Positions 33,910-42,913 of a stretch of 64,000 bases of DNA are shown one piece after another. The number at the start of each line of letters is the position of its first letter. The first letter of the stretch is position 1. The notes beneath the pieces were generated by a model. It was not told where the DNA came from. It was given only the letters and a program-made list of their open reading frames with translations, and made no database searches. A program made the translations under genes and the position numbers. Source of the DNA: Candidatus Omnitrophica bacterium UBA6215 (GTDB lineage Bacteria > Omnitrophota > Gorgyraeia > Pluralincolimonadales > Pluralincolimonadaceae). The stretch covers positions 39,291-103,290 of the forward strand of contig DISH01000003.1 of NCBI GenBank assembly GCA_002421665.1. The letters are read 5' to 3'.

Positions 33910-34289
33910 TCTTCGGGATTAAGGATCCTTTTGAGATTAGGGTGATTCAGGAATTTTACGCCAAATAGGTCATATACCTCGCGCTCAAGCCAGTCAGCCG
34001 ATCTCCAAAACCTCTCCACGCTCTCAACGGTGAGGTCGTCGGGCAAGAGCTGTGTCTTCAATACGATACCCGCGCGTTTCTTCATCGAATAAAAATGGTA
34101 AACAAGCGTTACATTATCCTTATTGTCGACGGCCGTAAGATTATGCAGGCTGTCAAATCCTTGACCGGTCAGGCAGCGGGCCGCTTCAAGGATGCCTTCC
34201 CTGGGGACTACTATGGCCCTGGTTTTTTCTTCCAGGGATGTGTCCGGTATTTTCAATTTTATCAGGCCGAACGCCTCACCGTTTGACAC
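33879..34289 (-). CDS. nuoC: NADH-quinone oxidoreductase subunit C (30 kDa), short form.
   Basis: The '[28 protein letters not shown]' motif of the 30-kDa subunit is present. It is a separate gene from nuoD. Confidence 0.8.
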   Translation of the reverse strand: MSNGEAFGLIKLKIPDTSLEEKTRAIVVPREGILEAARCLTGQGFDSLHNLTAVDNKDNVTLVYHFYSMKKRAGIVLKTQLLPDDLTVESVERFWRSADWLEREVYDLFGVKFLNHPNLKRILNPEEWTIHPLRKT

Positions 34290-34791
34290 GTTTTTCTTTC
34301 CTTATTTTTTCCTGCAATTTCATTATGCCGAATAAAAGGTTCTCCGGTCTCGGCGGGCAGCCGGGTATCAGTACGTCTACCGGTATCCCCAGCGCTTCGG
34401 TGCCTTTCACGACGGAATATGTGTCACGGCAGAATATACCGCCGGATACGGCGCAATTCCCCATCGCGATAACGTATTTAGGCTCAGGCATCTGCGCGTA
34501 GAGGCGCTTCATGCAGTCGCCCATCTTGACGCATATCGTCCCGGCTACTATCATAACGTCGCATTGCCTGGGGCTGGCACGGAATACACCGGCCCCGAAA
34601 CGGTCGATATCGAACCTTGAAGCCCCGGTCCCTATCATCTCTATGGCACAACAGGCCAGGCCGAAGGTAAGCGGCCAGAGGGAAGATGCCTTGCTCCATT
34701 TCAGCACGCTTTCGCTTGTGGTAAGCGCGAGGTTGCCGCCGGGGAACTTTTCTATGAGGCCGGAAGCGGGTATCCGTTCGATCACTGCCAT
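34276..34791 (-). CDS. nuoB: NADH-quinone oxidoreductase subunit B (20 kDa, N2 cluster).
   Basis: 'CCAIEM', 'GTCPP'-like and 'GCPPRPE' Cys motifs are present. Confidence 0.9.
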   Translation of the reverse strand: MAVIERIPASGLIEKFPGGNLALTTSESVLKWSKASSLWPLTFGLACCAIEMIGTGASRFDIDRFGAGVFRASPRQCDVMIVAGTICVKMGDCMKRLYAQMPEPKYVIAMGNCAVSGGIFCRDTYSVVKGTEALGIPVDVLIPGCPPRPENLLFGIMKLQEKIRKEKRVKR

Positions 34792-35138
34792 TCGAGGGCC
34801 CCTTTCTTCCAGGCGTAGACAAGACCTGCTATGAGCACGCCTATGAAGACGACCATCTCAACGAAGGCGACGAACCCGAGCTCTCGGAATATGACCGCCC
34901 AAGGGATGAGAAAGAGTATTTCAACGTCGAAGACAACGAAAATAAGTGCGATAAGGTAGTACCGGACGTTGAACTGTATCCATGATCCGCCCTTTATGAC
35001 CTCGCCGCATTCATAGCAGGAGTTCTTTTCAGGGCTTGGCGCGCGCGGGCGCAGGAACCATGAGACTGCAAGGGCCCCGGCAACGAAAATGATGCCGAAG
35101 ACCAGGAAGAGGCCAACATATCCGTAATCTGCGATCAT
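34782..35138 (-). CDS. nuoA: NADH-quinone oxidoreductase subunit A.
   Basis: 118 aa, 3 TM. First gene of the nuo cluster. Confidence 0.85.
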   Translation of the reverse strand: MIADYGYVGLFLVFGIIFVAGALAVSWFLRPRAPSPEKNSCYECGEVIKGGSWIQFNVRYYLIALIFVVFDVEILFLIPWAVIFRELGFVAFVEMVVFIGVLIAGLVYAWKKGALEWQ

Positions 35139-35251
35139 AATTAATGCGGCTCCAATGGATTGAAATGCCGGTCATTTTAATGGCTGGTTTTTTCAATTAT
35201 ACAAAAAATCCTGCCTTTATGTCAAAGGTATTAATAGCATAAGAATAATGC

Positions 35252-35279
35252 TTGACATCGCATCCTGCTGTGATACAAT
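35252..35279 (+). promoter_or_regulatory. Putative sigma70 promoter P1 of cspA (TTGACA, 16-nt spacer, TGaTACAAT extended -10).
   Basis: A perfect -35 at 35252-35257 and a TACAAT -10 with an upstream TG lie about 125 nt upstream of the cspA ATG. Confidence 0.45.
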
Positions 35280-35314
35280 TTAATCCGTAGCAACTAAAAG
35301 AGTAGCGATTGTTT

Positions 35315-35354
35315 ACCGCAACGGTTGATGATCACTGGCCTTTGCGGTTTTTTT
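35315..35354 (+). terminator. Terminator-like hairpin plus U-tract inside the cspA 5' leader. This is a possible attenuator or thermosensor element.
   Basis: ACCGCAA / TTGCGGT 7-bp stem with a 19-nt loop, followed by TTTTTTT. It is located between promoter P1 and the cspA RBS. Confidence 0.35.
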
Positions 35355-35404
35355 GTGCTCTCTGATCGTTTGCTATAATCCACAAGGAAAGGAGGCACAA
35401 ATTA

Positions 35405-35605
35405 ATGGCCAGAGGCAAGGTGAAATGGTTCAGCGACCAGAAAGGTTACGGATTCATTACCCCTGAGAACGGCAAGGACGTTTTCGTCCATCACAGCGCC
35501 ATCAAGGGTGAAGGTTATAAATCTTTGACCGAGGGACAGGAAGTCGAGTTCGATATCGAGAAGGGTCCCAAGGGTGAACAGGCGACCAACGTGGTTAAGC
35601 TCTAA
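35405..35605 (+). CDS. cspA: Cold-shock protein, CspA family.
   Basis: 66 aa with RNP1 'KGYGFI' and RNP2 'VFVHHS' motifs. It is preceded by an AAGGAGG RBS. Confidence 0.9.
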   Translation: MARGKVKWFSDQKGYGFITPENGKDVFVHHSAIKGEGYKSLTEGQEVEFDIEKGPKGEQATNVVKL

Positions 35606-35626
35606 TTAAAAATAAACCGTCATGAC

Positions 35627-35659
35627 GGCCCGGTCCGAAAAGACCGGGCCTTGTTTTTT
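35627..35659 (+). terminator. Rho-independent terminator downstream of cspA.
   Basis: GGCCCGGTC-cgaaaa-GACCGGGCC perfect 9-bp GC-rich stem, followed by TTGTTTTTT. Confidence 0.7.
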
Positions 35660-35686
35660 ATACGGCAAAAGTGTAAAATACGGGCC

Positions 35687-36211
35687 ATGGCAAAATTCAA
35701 GGTAAAGAAGAAGACGCTTGTTTATGACGGCAGGATAGTCAGGCTCGTTGTCAGCGACGGCATCATTAGAGGAAGGCCCGCCCGCTGGGAAGTAGTCCAC
35801 CATATCGGTTCTGTCGGCATAGTCCCTTTTCTTCCCGGGGACAGGGTTGTCCTTGTCGAACAATTCCGCTATGCCGCAGGGGAGAGGCTGCTTGAGATAC
35901 CCGCCGGTACCCTCCATAAAGGCGAAGCGCCGCTTGCAGCCGCCAGGAGGGAGATACAGGAGGAGACAGGCTACGCCGCCGGAAAATTCGAGAAACTTAA
36001 CATATTCTATCCTTCTCCCGGGGTGACCGACGAATTCGTCGTGATATACAAAGCTACCGGCCTCAAGCCGTCCAGACTTCCGGCTGATTTCGATGAGGAT
36101 ATAAAAGTCAGGGTGGTAAAAATATCGGATGCCCTGAAATACGTCAGGCAGGGGAAGATAAAGGATGCCAAGACGATAATCGCGCTGTTGCTTACCTCCG
36201 GCAAGGCATGA
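35687..36211 (+). CDS. NUDIX hydrolase (ADP-ribose pyrophosphatase-like).
   Basis: Nudix box 'GTLHKGEAPLAAARREIQEETGY' (Gx5Ex7REUxEExGU). The start is chosen at 'MAKFK' after the cspA terminator. Confidence 0.8.
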   Translation: MAKFKVKKKTLVYDGRIVRLVVSDGIIRGRPARWEVVHHIGSVGIVPFLPGDRVVLVEQFRYAAGERLLEIPAGTLHKGEAPLAAARREIQEETGYAAGKFEKLNIFYPSPGVTDEFVVIYKATGLKPSRLPADFDEDIKVRVVKISDALKYVRQGKIKDAKTIIALLLTSGKA

Positions 36212-36585
36212 AGAAACAGCTTGATGTTATAGATATACTTGAAAGCGTGACCGATAAAGACCCACGCTATAAGGTCGACGCCTATTTGTTCGTCCTCAAC
36301 GGCTTGAACCACACGGTCTCCAGGCTCGAGAAGCCCCGCCATGTGAACGGCCAGGAACTTTCCGAAGGGCTGCGTATCTATGCGATAGACCAATACGGCC
36401 CGCTTGCCTTAACGGTCCTTGAGAGCTGGGGCCTGGAGAAGACATCGGACTTCGGCAATATAGTCTTTAACCTTATCGGCGTGAAGTTGCTGTCAAAGAC
36501 CGATAATGATTCGATAGATGATTTCAGCGATGTCTTCGATTTTAAGAAGGCCCTCGCCAGGACGGTGGATTATAAGCTTGAGTAA
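36208..36585 (+). CDS. Hypothetical protein (125 aa, acidic C-terminus).
   Basis: ORF with good codon usage, translationally coupled to the Nudix gene. No motif recognised. Confidence 0.4.
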   Translation: MKKQLDVIDILESVTDKDPRYKVDAYLFVLNGLNHTVSRLEKPRHVNGQELSEGLRIYAIDQYGPLALTVLESWGLEKTSDFGNIVFNLIGVKLLSKTDNDSIDDFSDVFDFKKALARTVDYKLE

Positions 36586-36618
36586 CAAAAAGTACGTGAA
36601 AAAAATTTAAGATTTTAC

Positions 36619-36650
36619 TTGACAACATAACAGTTATTATATATACTGTT
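36619..36650 (+). promoter_or_regulatory. Putative sigma70 promoter of marR (TTGACA, 17-nt spacer, TATACT) overlapped by an inverted repeat AACAGT-N10-ACTGTT. The repeat is a candidate MarR operator.
   Basis: Consensus -35 at 36619-36624 and -10 at 36642-36647. A perfect 6-bp inverted repeat lies at 36629-36634 / 36645-36650, inside an AT-rich intergenic region. Confidence 0.4.
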
Positions 36651-36682
36651 AATATATTAACAATAATAATAGGAGAAGACCC

Positions 36683-37138
36683 ATGGCGACAGATATCGAT
36701 AGACTTAATAATGACACAGTTATTAAGATCCTGCGGATCTCGGAAGCATTGGTAAAGACCGCGGATAGGTTTTTCAGTAAATACGGGGTTACTACGACCC
36801 AATATGATGTCCTAGTTATAGTTAATTATTCTGAAAGCAGAATAACTCAGAGCGAGCTTGGAGAGCGCCGTGTAGTTTCGCGCTCAAACATAACCGGGAT
36901 AGTCGACAGACTTGAGAAATTAGGTCTTATAAAAAGAGAATCCGATACGGGCGACCGGAGAATAAAACATCTTGTTGTTACAAAAAAAGGAAAAGATATT
37001 ATTGAAAAAGTCGAAGAAAAATATTTCGATAACCTAAAGCAGATCCTTTGGTTTCTTGATGAAAAGGATAAAGCCGGGATCTTAGAAATAATTGGAAAAA
37101 TAGAAAAGAGCTTGAGGAGAGCCGAAGATATATTATAG
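36683..37138 (+). CDS. MarR-family transcriptional regulator.
   Basis: 151 aa with a winged helix: 'TTTQYDVLVIVNYSESRITQSELGERRVVSRSNITGIVDRLEKLGLIKRESDTGDRRIKHLVVTKKG'. Confidence 0.8.
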   Translation: MATDIDRLNNDTVIKILRISEALVKTADRFFSKYGVTTTQYDVLVIVNYSESRITQSELGERRVVSRSNITGIVDRLEKLGLIKRESDTGDRRIKHLVVTKKGKDIIEKVEEKYFDNLKQILWFLDEKDKAGILEIIGKIEKSLRRAEDIL

Positions 37139-37199
37139 CATTTTTGGAGTTATAAAATATTCGCCGTTAATTTGGCTTATATCAATTTGGTAAAGAAAA

Positions 37200-37946
37200 A
37201 TGAAAAATTCTATTATTCAAAAGAGACTATTTGCAAGCGACGGTATCGAGATAGCCGTTGAACATTTCAAGGATGGGCATGATTCGGTTGTTGTTATCTG
37301 TCCCGGTTTTTTCAACAGCAAGAAGAATTCGGTAATACGCAGGGCGATAGATATTGTCGGGGACTCGCACGATGTTATAATATTCGATTTCCGCGGTCAC
37401 GGAGAGAGCGGTGGCAAATTTACCTGGACGGCGAAGGAACCGCTGGATCTCAAGGCTGTCCTTGATTACGCGGCCGGTTGCGGTTACAAGAAAATCGGAC
37501 TTATGGGATTTTCCCTTGGTGCCGCGGTTTCCGTAATCGTAGCTCCGGAAAGGCCGGAAATAAAGAGCATGGTCCTGATAAGCGCCCCTTACAGTTTTTG
37601 GGACATCAATTTTAACTTCTGGCAGCCGGAGATGTTCTCAGACCTTAAGGCAAATATGGAATGCAGTTGGGAAGGCAAAGGAGCAAAGATGGACCATGTT
37701 TTCATGGAAAAGAACAAGCCCATAGATAGAATTTCGGCGATAAAGGGCGCCGCGATACTTCTTATACACGGCGCGAAAGACTGGGTGATCAAGGATTATC
37801 ATTCGAAAAAGCTCTTCAATTCCGCTGCCGTATATGAGAAGAGACTGGAGATCTTTAACGACGGGCTCCACGCCGAGAGACTTATCGAGCAATACCCCGA
37901 TAGGATGAAGGACCTTGTTTCCGGCTGGTTCAGGGATACCCTATAA
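37200..37946 (+). CDS. Alpha/beta-fold hydrolase (dienelactone hydrolase / S9-like).
   Basis: GxSxG nucleophile elbow 'GFSLGAAV'. The 'HGAKD' region suggests a catalytic His/Asp. Confidence 0.7.
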   Translation: MKNSIIQKRLFASDGIEIAVEHFKDGHDSVVVICPGFFNSKKNSVIRRAIDIVGDSHDVIIFDFRGHGESGGKFTWTAKEPLDLKAVLDYAAGCGYKKIGLMGFSLGAAVSVIVAPERPEIKSMVLISAPYSFWDINFNFWQPEMFSDLKANMECSWEGKGAKMDHVFMEKNKPIDRISAIKGAAILLIHGAKDWVIKDYHSKKLFNSAAVYEKRLEIFNDGLHAERLIEQYPDRMKDLVSGWFRDTL

Positions 37947-37960
37947 TAAGGAGAACGGTT

Positions 37961-38698
37961 ATGAAATGGTTATTTATGTCATTGACACAATTGGCCGCGT
38001 CAGTAACTATGTACCTGATAGGTACTGTGTTCTTCGGGGTAGCCCTTATCCCGGGGGTAGCTATCTTTTTCAGCGCGCTGGAACATTCCCAGGGCCTTCC
38101 CGTTTTAGCCAGGTATGCCGTGCTCGGCCTTTCGCTCGCGGGAGGTTATTTCCTCTTCGGACTTACGCTCATATTCCTGGTAGGCATGGTTCGCATGGTG
38201 CTTCGCATACGCCTGAAGGAGGGCAATCACCCGATCTTCTCGGCGGAAGCCTTCAAGTGGGCATTTGTAAGCGCCCTATACCTGCTGGTCAATTTTACGT
38301 TCATAGATTTTATCCTGCTTACGCCGTTCTCTAACATATTTTTCAGGATGCTTGGCGTAAAACTCGGCAAGAACGTCCAGATCAATTCCAAGTTCATCTT
38401 CGACGCTACACTGCTCGAGATCGGGGACAATACGGTCGTAGGCGGCGGCGCAATAATCATCGGCCATATTGTAGAGCGCGGCACCTTGAAACTCAGGAAG
38501 GTCAGGATAGGCAAGAACGTTACCATAGGCTCGCATTCAACCGTGATGCCGGGCTGCGAAATAGGCGATAACGCCATAATAGGCGCGAGCGCCGTATTGC
38601 GCAAGGGAACCAAAGTTGAACCCAGGGACATCTATTATGGTATACCGGCCGAATCGGTAAAGAACAGACATAAAGGAGAAAGAGATGCCCAGGCCTGA
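37961..38698 (+). CDS. Membrane-anchored hexapeptide-repeat (left-handed beta-helix) acyltransferase.
   Basis: About 4 N-terminal TM helices followed by LbH repeats ('IGDNTVVGGGAIIIGH...IGKNVTIGSHSTVMPGCEIGDNAIIGASAVL'). Confidence 0.6.
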   Translation: MKWLFMSLTQLAASVTMYLIGTVFFGVALIPGVAIFFSALEHSQGLPVLARYAVLGLSLAGGYFLFGLTLIFLVGMVRMVLRIRLKEGNHPIFSAEAFKWAFVSALYLLVNFTFIDFILLTPFSNIFFRMLGVKLGKNVQINSKFIFDATLLEIGDNTVVGGGAIIIGHIVERGTLKLRKVRIGKNVTIGSHSTVMPGCEIGDNAIIGASAVLRKGTKVEPRDIYYGIPAESVKNRHKGERDAQA

Positions 38699-41312
38699 TT
38701 TCGATAATTTTTCCATACATGAGCTGATGGAATCCATAAACAAACGGTGGTTCTCTAAAACCGCTTTGCAGATAAAGACGAGAGAAGGCTGGAACAGGCT
38801 TTCCTATGTTCCGCTGGGAGAACGGGCGGTTGATATATCTTCGAGTCTTCTTAAGCTTGGAATGGAAAAGGGAGACCGCGCCGCGGTCCTGTCGGAATCA
38901 AGGCCGGAATGGGGTGCCGCGCTTTTTGGAATAATATCCTGCGGCGGTATCGTTGTACCTATGGATGTCAAACTCAGCGAGAAGGAGATGGCTTTCATCC
39001 TCAAGGACAGCGGGGCCAGGTTCATCTTTGTCTCGGAGAAGTATCTTCCCGTGGTCGACAGTATAAAAGCAGCCCTCCCGGAACTAAGGCATATTTTTGC
39101 CATTGATGATACCGACAGGCAGGACCTTATAAAGACTAAAGAACTCAAGATGAGACCGGGTGAAAAGAAATACCTCCCCCTTACCATGGATGACACCGCC
39201 GTCATAGTTTATACTTCCGGTACTACGGGAGTGGCGAAGGGTGTCGAGATAACTTATAAGAACCTGATATTCCAGGCCCGCGAGCTCAACAGGCTTGTCC
39301 GTTATAACGAGTCCGACAATTTCCTTTCAATGCTTCCGCTTAACCATATGCTTGAGTTGACCGGAGGGTTCCTGTCACCGCTATATGTTGGTGCTACCGT
39401 GACGTATTGCGACAGCCTTAAACCGTCGAATATCATGGCCATGATGGCCGAGACGCGTACGACAGCCATGATAACGGTCCCTCTCATACTTAAAATGTTC
39501 CACGACGGCATAATGAAGAAGGCGCAGTCCCGGCCGTTCGTTAGCAGGAAGGCGTTCTTTACCTGCCTGCATCTGTGCAGGTTCCTGCTCAGGTTCAGGG
39601 TAAAGGCCGGCAGGTTATTCTTCGGCCGAATACACAGGCAATTCGGCGGCCGGTTGAGATGTTTTGTTTCGGGAGGCGCCCCCCTTGATACCACCGTAGA
39701 GATGGATTTTAACGCCATGGGTTTTACCATATTGCAGGGTTACGGCCTTACCGAGACCTCGCCTGTCATCGCAGTGAACACTTTTGAGGAATTGAAGTAC
39801 GGCTCTGTAGGCAAGCCCCTGCCGGGAGTCGAGGTTAAGCTCATAAGGCCTGATGGCACCTCGGGGGACGAAGGCGAGATAGTCACGCGCGGCGATCATG
39901 TCATGAAGGGGTATTTCAGGAACCCCGAGAAAACCGCCGAAGTAATCAAGGACGGATGGCTCTATACCGGGGATATCGGTAAATTTGATAAAGACGGTTT
40001 TCTTTACATAACCGGTCGCATCAGGAACCTTATTGTCCTTGGCGGCGGAAAGAAAGTCTTTCCCGAGGAGATAGAGGAAGTGATGTCGGAGAGCCCTTAT
40101 ATTAAGGAAATATGCGTCCTCGGCAGGAAAGCGCAATCCGGGCTTAAGGCCGGCACCGAGGAAGTATTTGCCGTGATCGTCCCGAACCTAGAGATGTTCA
40201 AGGCGGGCGCAAAAGGCGACGAAGAAGCAGCAAGAAAAAAGATAAGCGAAGAGATCCTGCGGCTTGGCTGCAACCTCGCCGAATACAAGAAGATAGCAGG
40301 TTTTATGCTCTATTTCGATGAGCTGCCTAAGACCTCGACAAGGAAGGTCAAGAGGGCGGAGGTGGGGAAGATGCTGGAAGAGACCGGCGATAACCCTAAT
40401 CCCGTTAGCGCTATCGAGGCCCAATTAGGGAAAAGGATGGATATCTCCGGCAATCTTTCCTCGCCCCTGTCCGATATAGGTATAGATTCCATGGAAAAAG
40501 TCGAGATAGTTTGTGCGTTAGAGAGAGAGTATAATTGCACTATACCGGAGGAAGAATGGCAAAAGGCAATTTCGTTAAGTGACCTTATCCGGCTGGCTTT
40601 TGCAAACAAGGGTTTAAAAGGCAGAAATACCGGTGATGGCAATCCTGCGGCAGAAGCAAGGACAGTACGTATCCGGTCGAGGATTTTTCTGCCGAGCAGG
40701 CTACTTTTTGCATTGATCCTCAAAATATTTTTTAGGACCTACCTTAAGGTCAGGGTTAAGGGAAAGGAAAATTTGCCTGCAAAGGGTCCGTTTATACTAG
40801 CGGCCAACCATTCGAGCCATCTTGACCAGCCTCTTTTATTCAACTTGTTTTCGATGGCAAGAATCAAGGACGTGTATTCTCCCGCGGCGGCGGATTATTT
40901 TTATCGCAATATAATCGTGCGCATGTTTGTTGCTATATCATTGAACGCTTTCCCGTTCGAAAGAGAAGGTAATTTTACGAAGGGCTTGAAGATCTGCAAA
41001 GAATTGATTAATATGGACAAATCGTTAATACTATTTCCCGAAGGAACGAGATCCCTTGACGGTAAAATCGGTAATTTTAGGCCGGGAGTAGGCTTGCTTT
41101 CGATCGAATCCGGCGTTCCAGTTATTCCAGTTTATATTAAAGGCGCCCACCAGGCCCTTAGCAAGGGGCGCTTATTTATTAAGCCGGGAACCGTTGAAAT
41201 GATTATTGGTTCTCCCGTTAGTCCTGAGGGGATAGAAGATAACTATAATGGCTATAGGGTATTTGCCGGGACGCTAAAAACGAAGGTAGAAGAATTAAGC
41301 CGGGAGCATTAA
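38685..41312 (+). CDS. Tri-domain fatty acyl-AMP ligase / acyl carrier protein / lysophospholipid (PlsC-type) acyltransferase fusion. It is ElbD-like but lacks a reductase domain.
   Basis: AMP-binding motif 'YTSGTTGVAKGV'. ACP phosphopantetheine site 'LSDIGIDSMEKVEIV'. LPLAT motifs 'AANHSSHLD' (HX4D) and 'FPEGTRS'. Confidence 0.75.
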   Translation: MPRPDFDNFSIHELMESINKRWFSKTALQIKTREGWNRLSYVPLGERAVDISSSLLKLGMEKGDRAAVLSESRPEWGAALFGIISCGGIVVPMDVKLSEKEMAFILKDSGARFIFVSEKYLPVVDSIKAALPELRHIFAIDDTDRQDLIKTKELKMRPGEKKYLPLTMDDTAVIVYTSGTTGVAKGVEITYKNLIFQARELNRLVRYNESDNFLSMLPLNHMLELTGGFLSPLYVGATVTYCDSLKPSNIMAMMAETRTTAMITVPLILKMFHDGIMKKAQSRPFVSRKAFFTCLHLCRFLLRFRVKAGRLFFGRIHRQFGGRLRCFVSGGAPLDTTVEMDFNAMGFTILQGYGLTETSPVIAVNTFEELKYGSVGKPLPGVEVKLIRPDGTSGDEGEIVTRGDHVMKGYFRNPEKTAEVIKDGWLYTGDIGKFDKDGFLYITGRIRNLIVLGGGKKVFPEEIEEVMSESPYIKEICVLGRKAQSGLKAGTEEVFAVIVPNLEMFKAGAKGDEEAARKKISEEILRLGCNLAEYKKIAGFMLYFDELPKTSTRKVKRAEVGKMLEETGDNPNPVSAIEAQLGKRMDISGNLSSPLSDIGIDSMEKVEIVCALEREYNCTIPEEEWQKAISLSDLIRLAFANKGLKGRNTGDGNPAAEARTVRIRSRIFLPSRLLFALILKIFFRTYLKVRVKGKENLPAKGPFILAANHSSHLDQPLLFNLFSMARIKDVYSPAAADYFYRNIIVRMFVAISLNAFPFEREGNFTKGLKICKELINMDKSLILFPEGTRSLDGKIGNFRPGVGLLSIESGVPVIPVYIKGAHQALSKGRLFIKPGTVEMIIGSPVSPEGIEDNYNGYRVFAGTLKTKVEELSREH

Positions 41313-41328
41313 AAAGAGGAAAAATAAA

Positions 41329-41946
41329 ATGCCGCTTCCTTCAGTTTATGATTTTAAACCGCGCTTTCAAAGATTATTGCATCCGGTCTCGGATTGGCTG
41401 GCAAAAAAGCGCGTAACCGCAAATATGGTTACATATTCCGCCTTATTTGGTTCAATGTTAGTTGGAGCAGGAATAGCGATATTCGGGCCGCGTTCAATCC
41501 GCGTCCTTTTGGTACTGCCTGTTTGGTTATTGATCAGGATGGCTTTGAACGCGATTGACGGGATGATGGCACGCGAATATAAGATGGTCTCGAATTTCGG
41601 GTTTGTATTAAATGAAGCAGGGGACGTATTATCCGATGTCTTTTTGTATCTTCCGCTTGCTTTCTTGGCCAAAGATGCATTATTACCCGTTTATGTTTTT
41701 TGTATCGGAGCAATATTGACTGAATTCTGCGGGATTATTCCGAAGACGCTCGGTTTTGGCAGGCGCTACGACGGGCCGATGGGAAAGAGCGACAGGGCTT
41801 TTTGGATAGGCTTACTTTCTATCGTCGCATCGGTATACCCCATGACAATAATATGGTGGAAATATGTATTTATTGTTATGGCATTGATGGAGATAGTTAC
41901 ATGCATAAAGAGAATAAATAACGGGTTGAAGGAGGAGAGCAGATGA
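41329..41946 (+). CDS. CDP-alcohol phosphatidyltransferase family protein.
   Basis: Signature 'DGMMAREYKMVSNFGFVLNEAGDVLSD' (D-G-x2-A-R-x8-G-x3-D-x3-D). Multi-TM. Confidence 0.7.
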   Translation: MPLPSVYDFKPRFQRLLHPVSDWLAKKRVTANMVTYSALFGSMLVGAGIAIFGPRSIRVLLVLPVWLLIRMALNAIDGMMAREYKMVSNFGFVLNEAGDVLSDVFLYLPLAFLAKDALLPVYVFCIGAILTEFCGIIPKTLGFGRRYDGPMGKSDRAFWIGLLSIVASVYPMTIIWWKYVFIVMALMEIVTCIKRINNGLKEESR

Positions 41947-42893
41947 TCGACTGGATCGCCGGAGTCTCACCCACAGGAAAAGGCATATTACTTGTCTTGG
42001 CTTTTCTTGCGTTAATAAGCTTTTTGGTATGGATCCTTGCCATGTCAAAAAGAGACAGCAATGAACTGGTTGCCAGGACAAGATCGTGGTGGGTTATGGC
42101 GGCGATTTTTATGATAGCAGTTGTTTCCGGGAACAGGCACTTTTCCGTAATGTTCTTCTGCTTTTTAAGTTTGTGGGCTACAAAAGAATATCTTTCGGTT
42201 GTAGATATCCCAATCTGGCACAGACCGGTCTTGATCTGGAGCTATGTTATAATAGTGATGCAGTATTATTGGATCGCTATTGATTGGTATGGCATGTTTC
42301 TGGTATTCATTCCCATATTCGGGTTCCTGTTTATTTCAACAAGGGTAATGTTGACCAACGAGCCGGATTATTTTCTGGGTTCATCGGCAAAGATATTATG
42401 GGGTCTTCTCGCTTTTGGACTTGGGCTTAGTCACCTTGGCTACCTTATTAATATACCCGGTTACCATGGTTTGCGAATTGACGGAAGGTCTTTACTGCTT
42501 TTTCTTGTCGTGACGACGGAATTTAACGATGTTGCCCAATATTTTTGGGGCAAACTTTTCGGAAAGCATAAGATCCTCCCGGTTATCAGTCCGAAAAAGA
42601 CCTGGGAAGGGTTTATCGGCGGGGTCGTTACCGCCATAGCTGTTTGCTTTCTTTTTAAGTTTTTGACCCCCTTTAAAGCAGTTTATGAGATAGTTTTTGT
42701 GTCCTTAGCCATTTCGATCAGCGGGTTTTTTGGGGATGTCGTGATGTCGGCTGTAAAGAGAGATATGAGCGTGAAGGATTTTGGAACCGCAATACCAGGG
42801 CACGGGGGTATTTTAGACCGGCTGGATTCAATATCCTTTACAGCCCCGATATTCTTCCATATTATACGTTATTGGTATTGGCCGTCTTGCTGA
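41943..42893 (+). CDS. CTP-dependent lipid cytidylyltransferase of the CdsA/CarS family (phosphatidate cytidylyltransferase-like).
   Basis: 'SPKKTWEGFIGGV' matches the CdsA signature (SPxKTxEG). Multi-TM. It overlaps the preceding gene by 4 nt. Confidence 0.7.
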   Translation: MIDWIAGVSPTGKGILLVLAFLALISFLVWILAMSKRDSNELVARTRSWWVMAAIFMIAVVSGNRHFSVMFFCFLSLWATKEYLSVVDIPIWHRPVLIWSYVIIVMQYYWIAIDWYGMFLVFIPIFGFLFISTRVMLTNEPDYFLGSSAKILWGLLAFGLGLSHLGYLINIPGYHGLRIDGRSLLLFLVVTTEFNDVAQYFWGKLFGKHKILPVISPKKTWEGFIGGVVTAIAVCFLFKFLTPFKAVYEIVFVSLAISISGFFGDVVMSAVKRDMSVKDFGTAIPGHGGILDRLDSISFTAPIFFHIIRYWYWPSC

Positions 42894-42913
42894 GACGGCC
42901 GCGGAGAAAGAAG

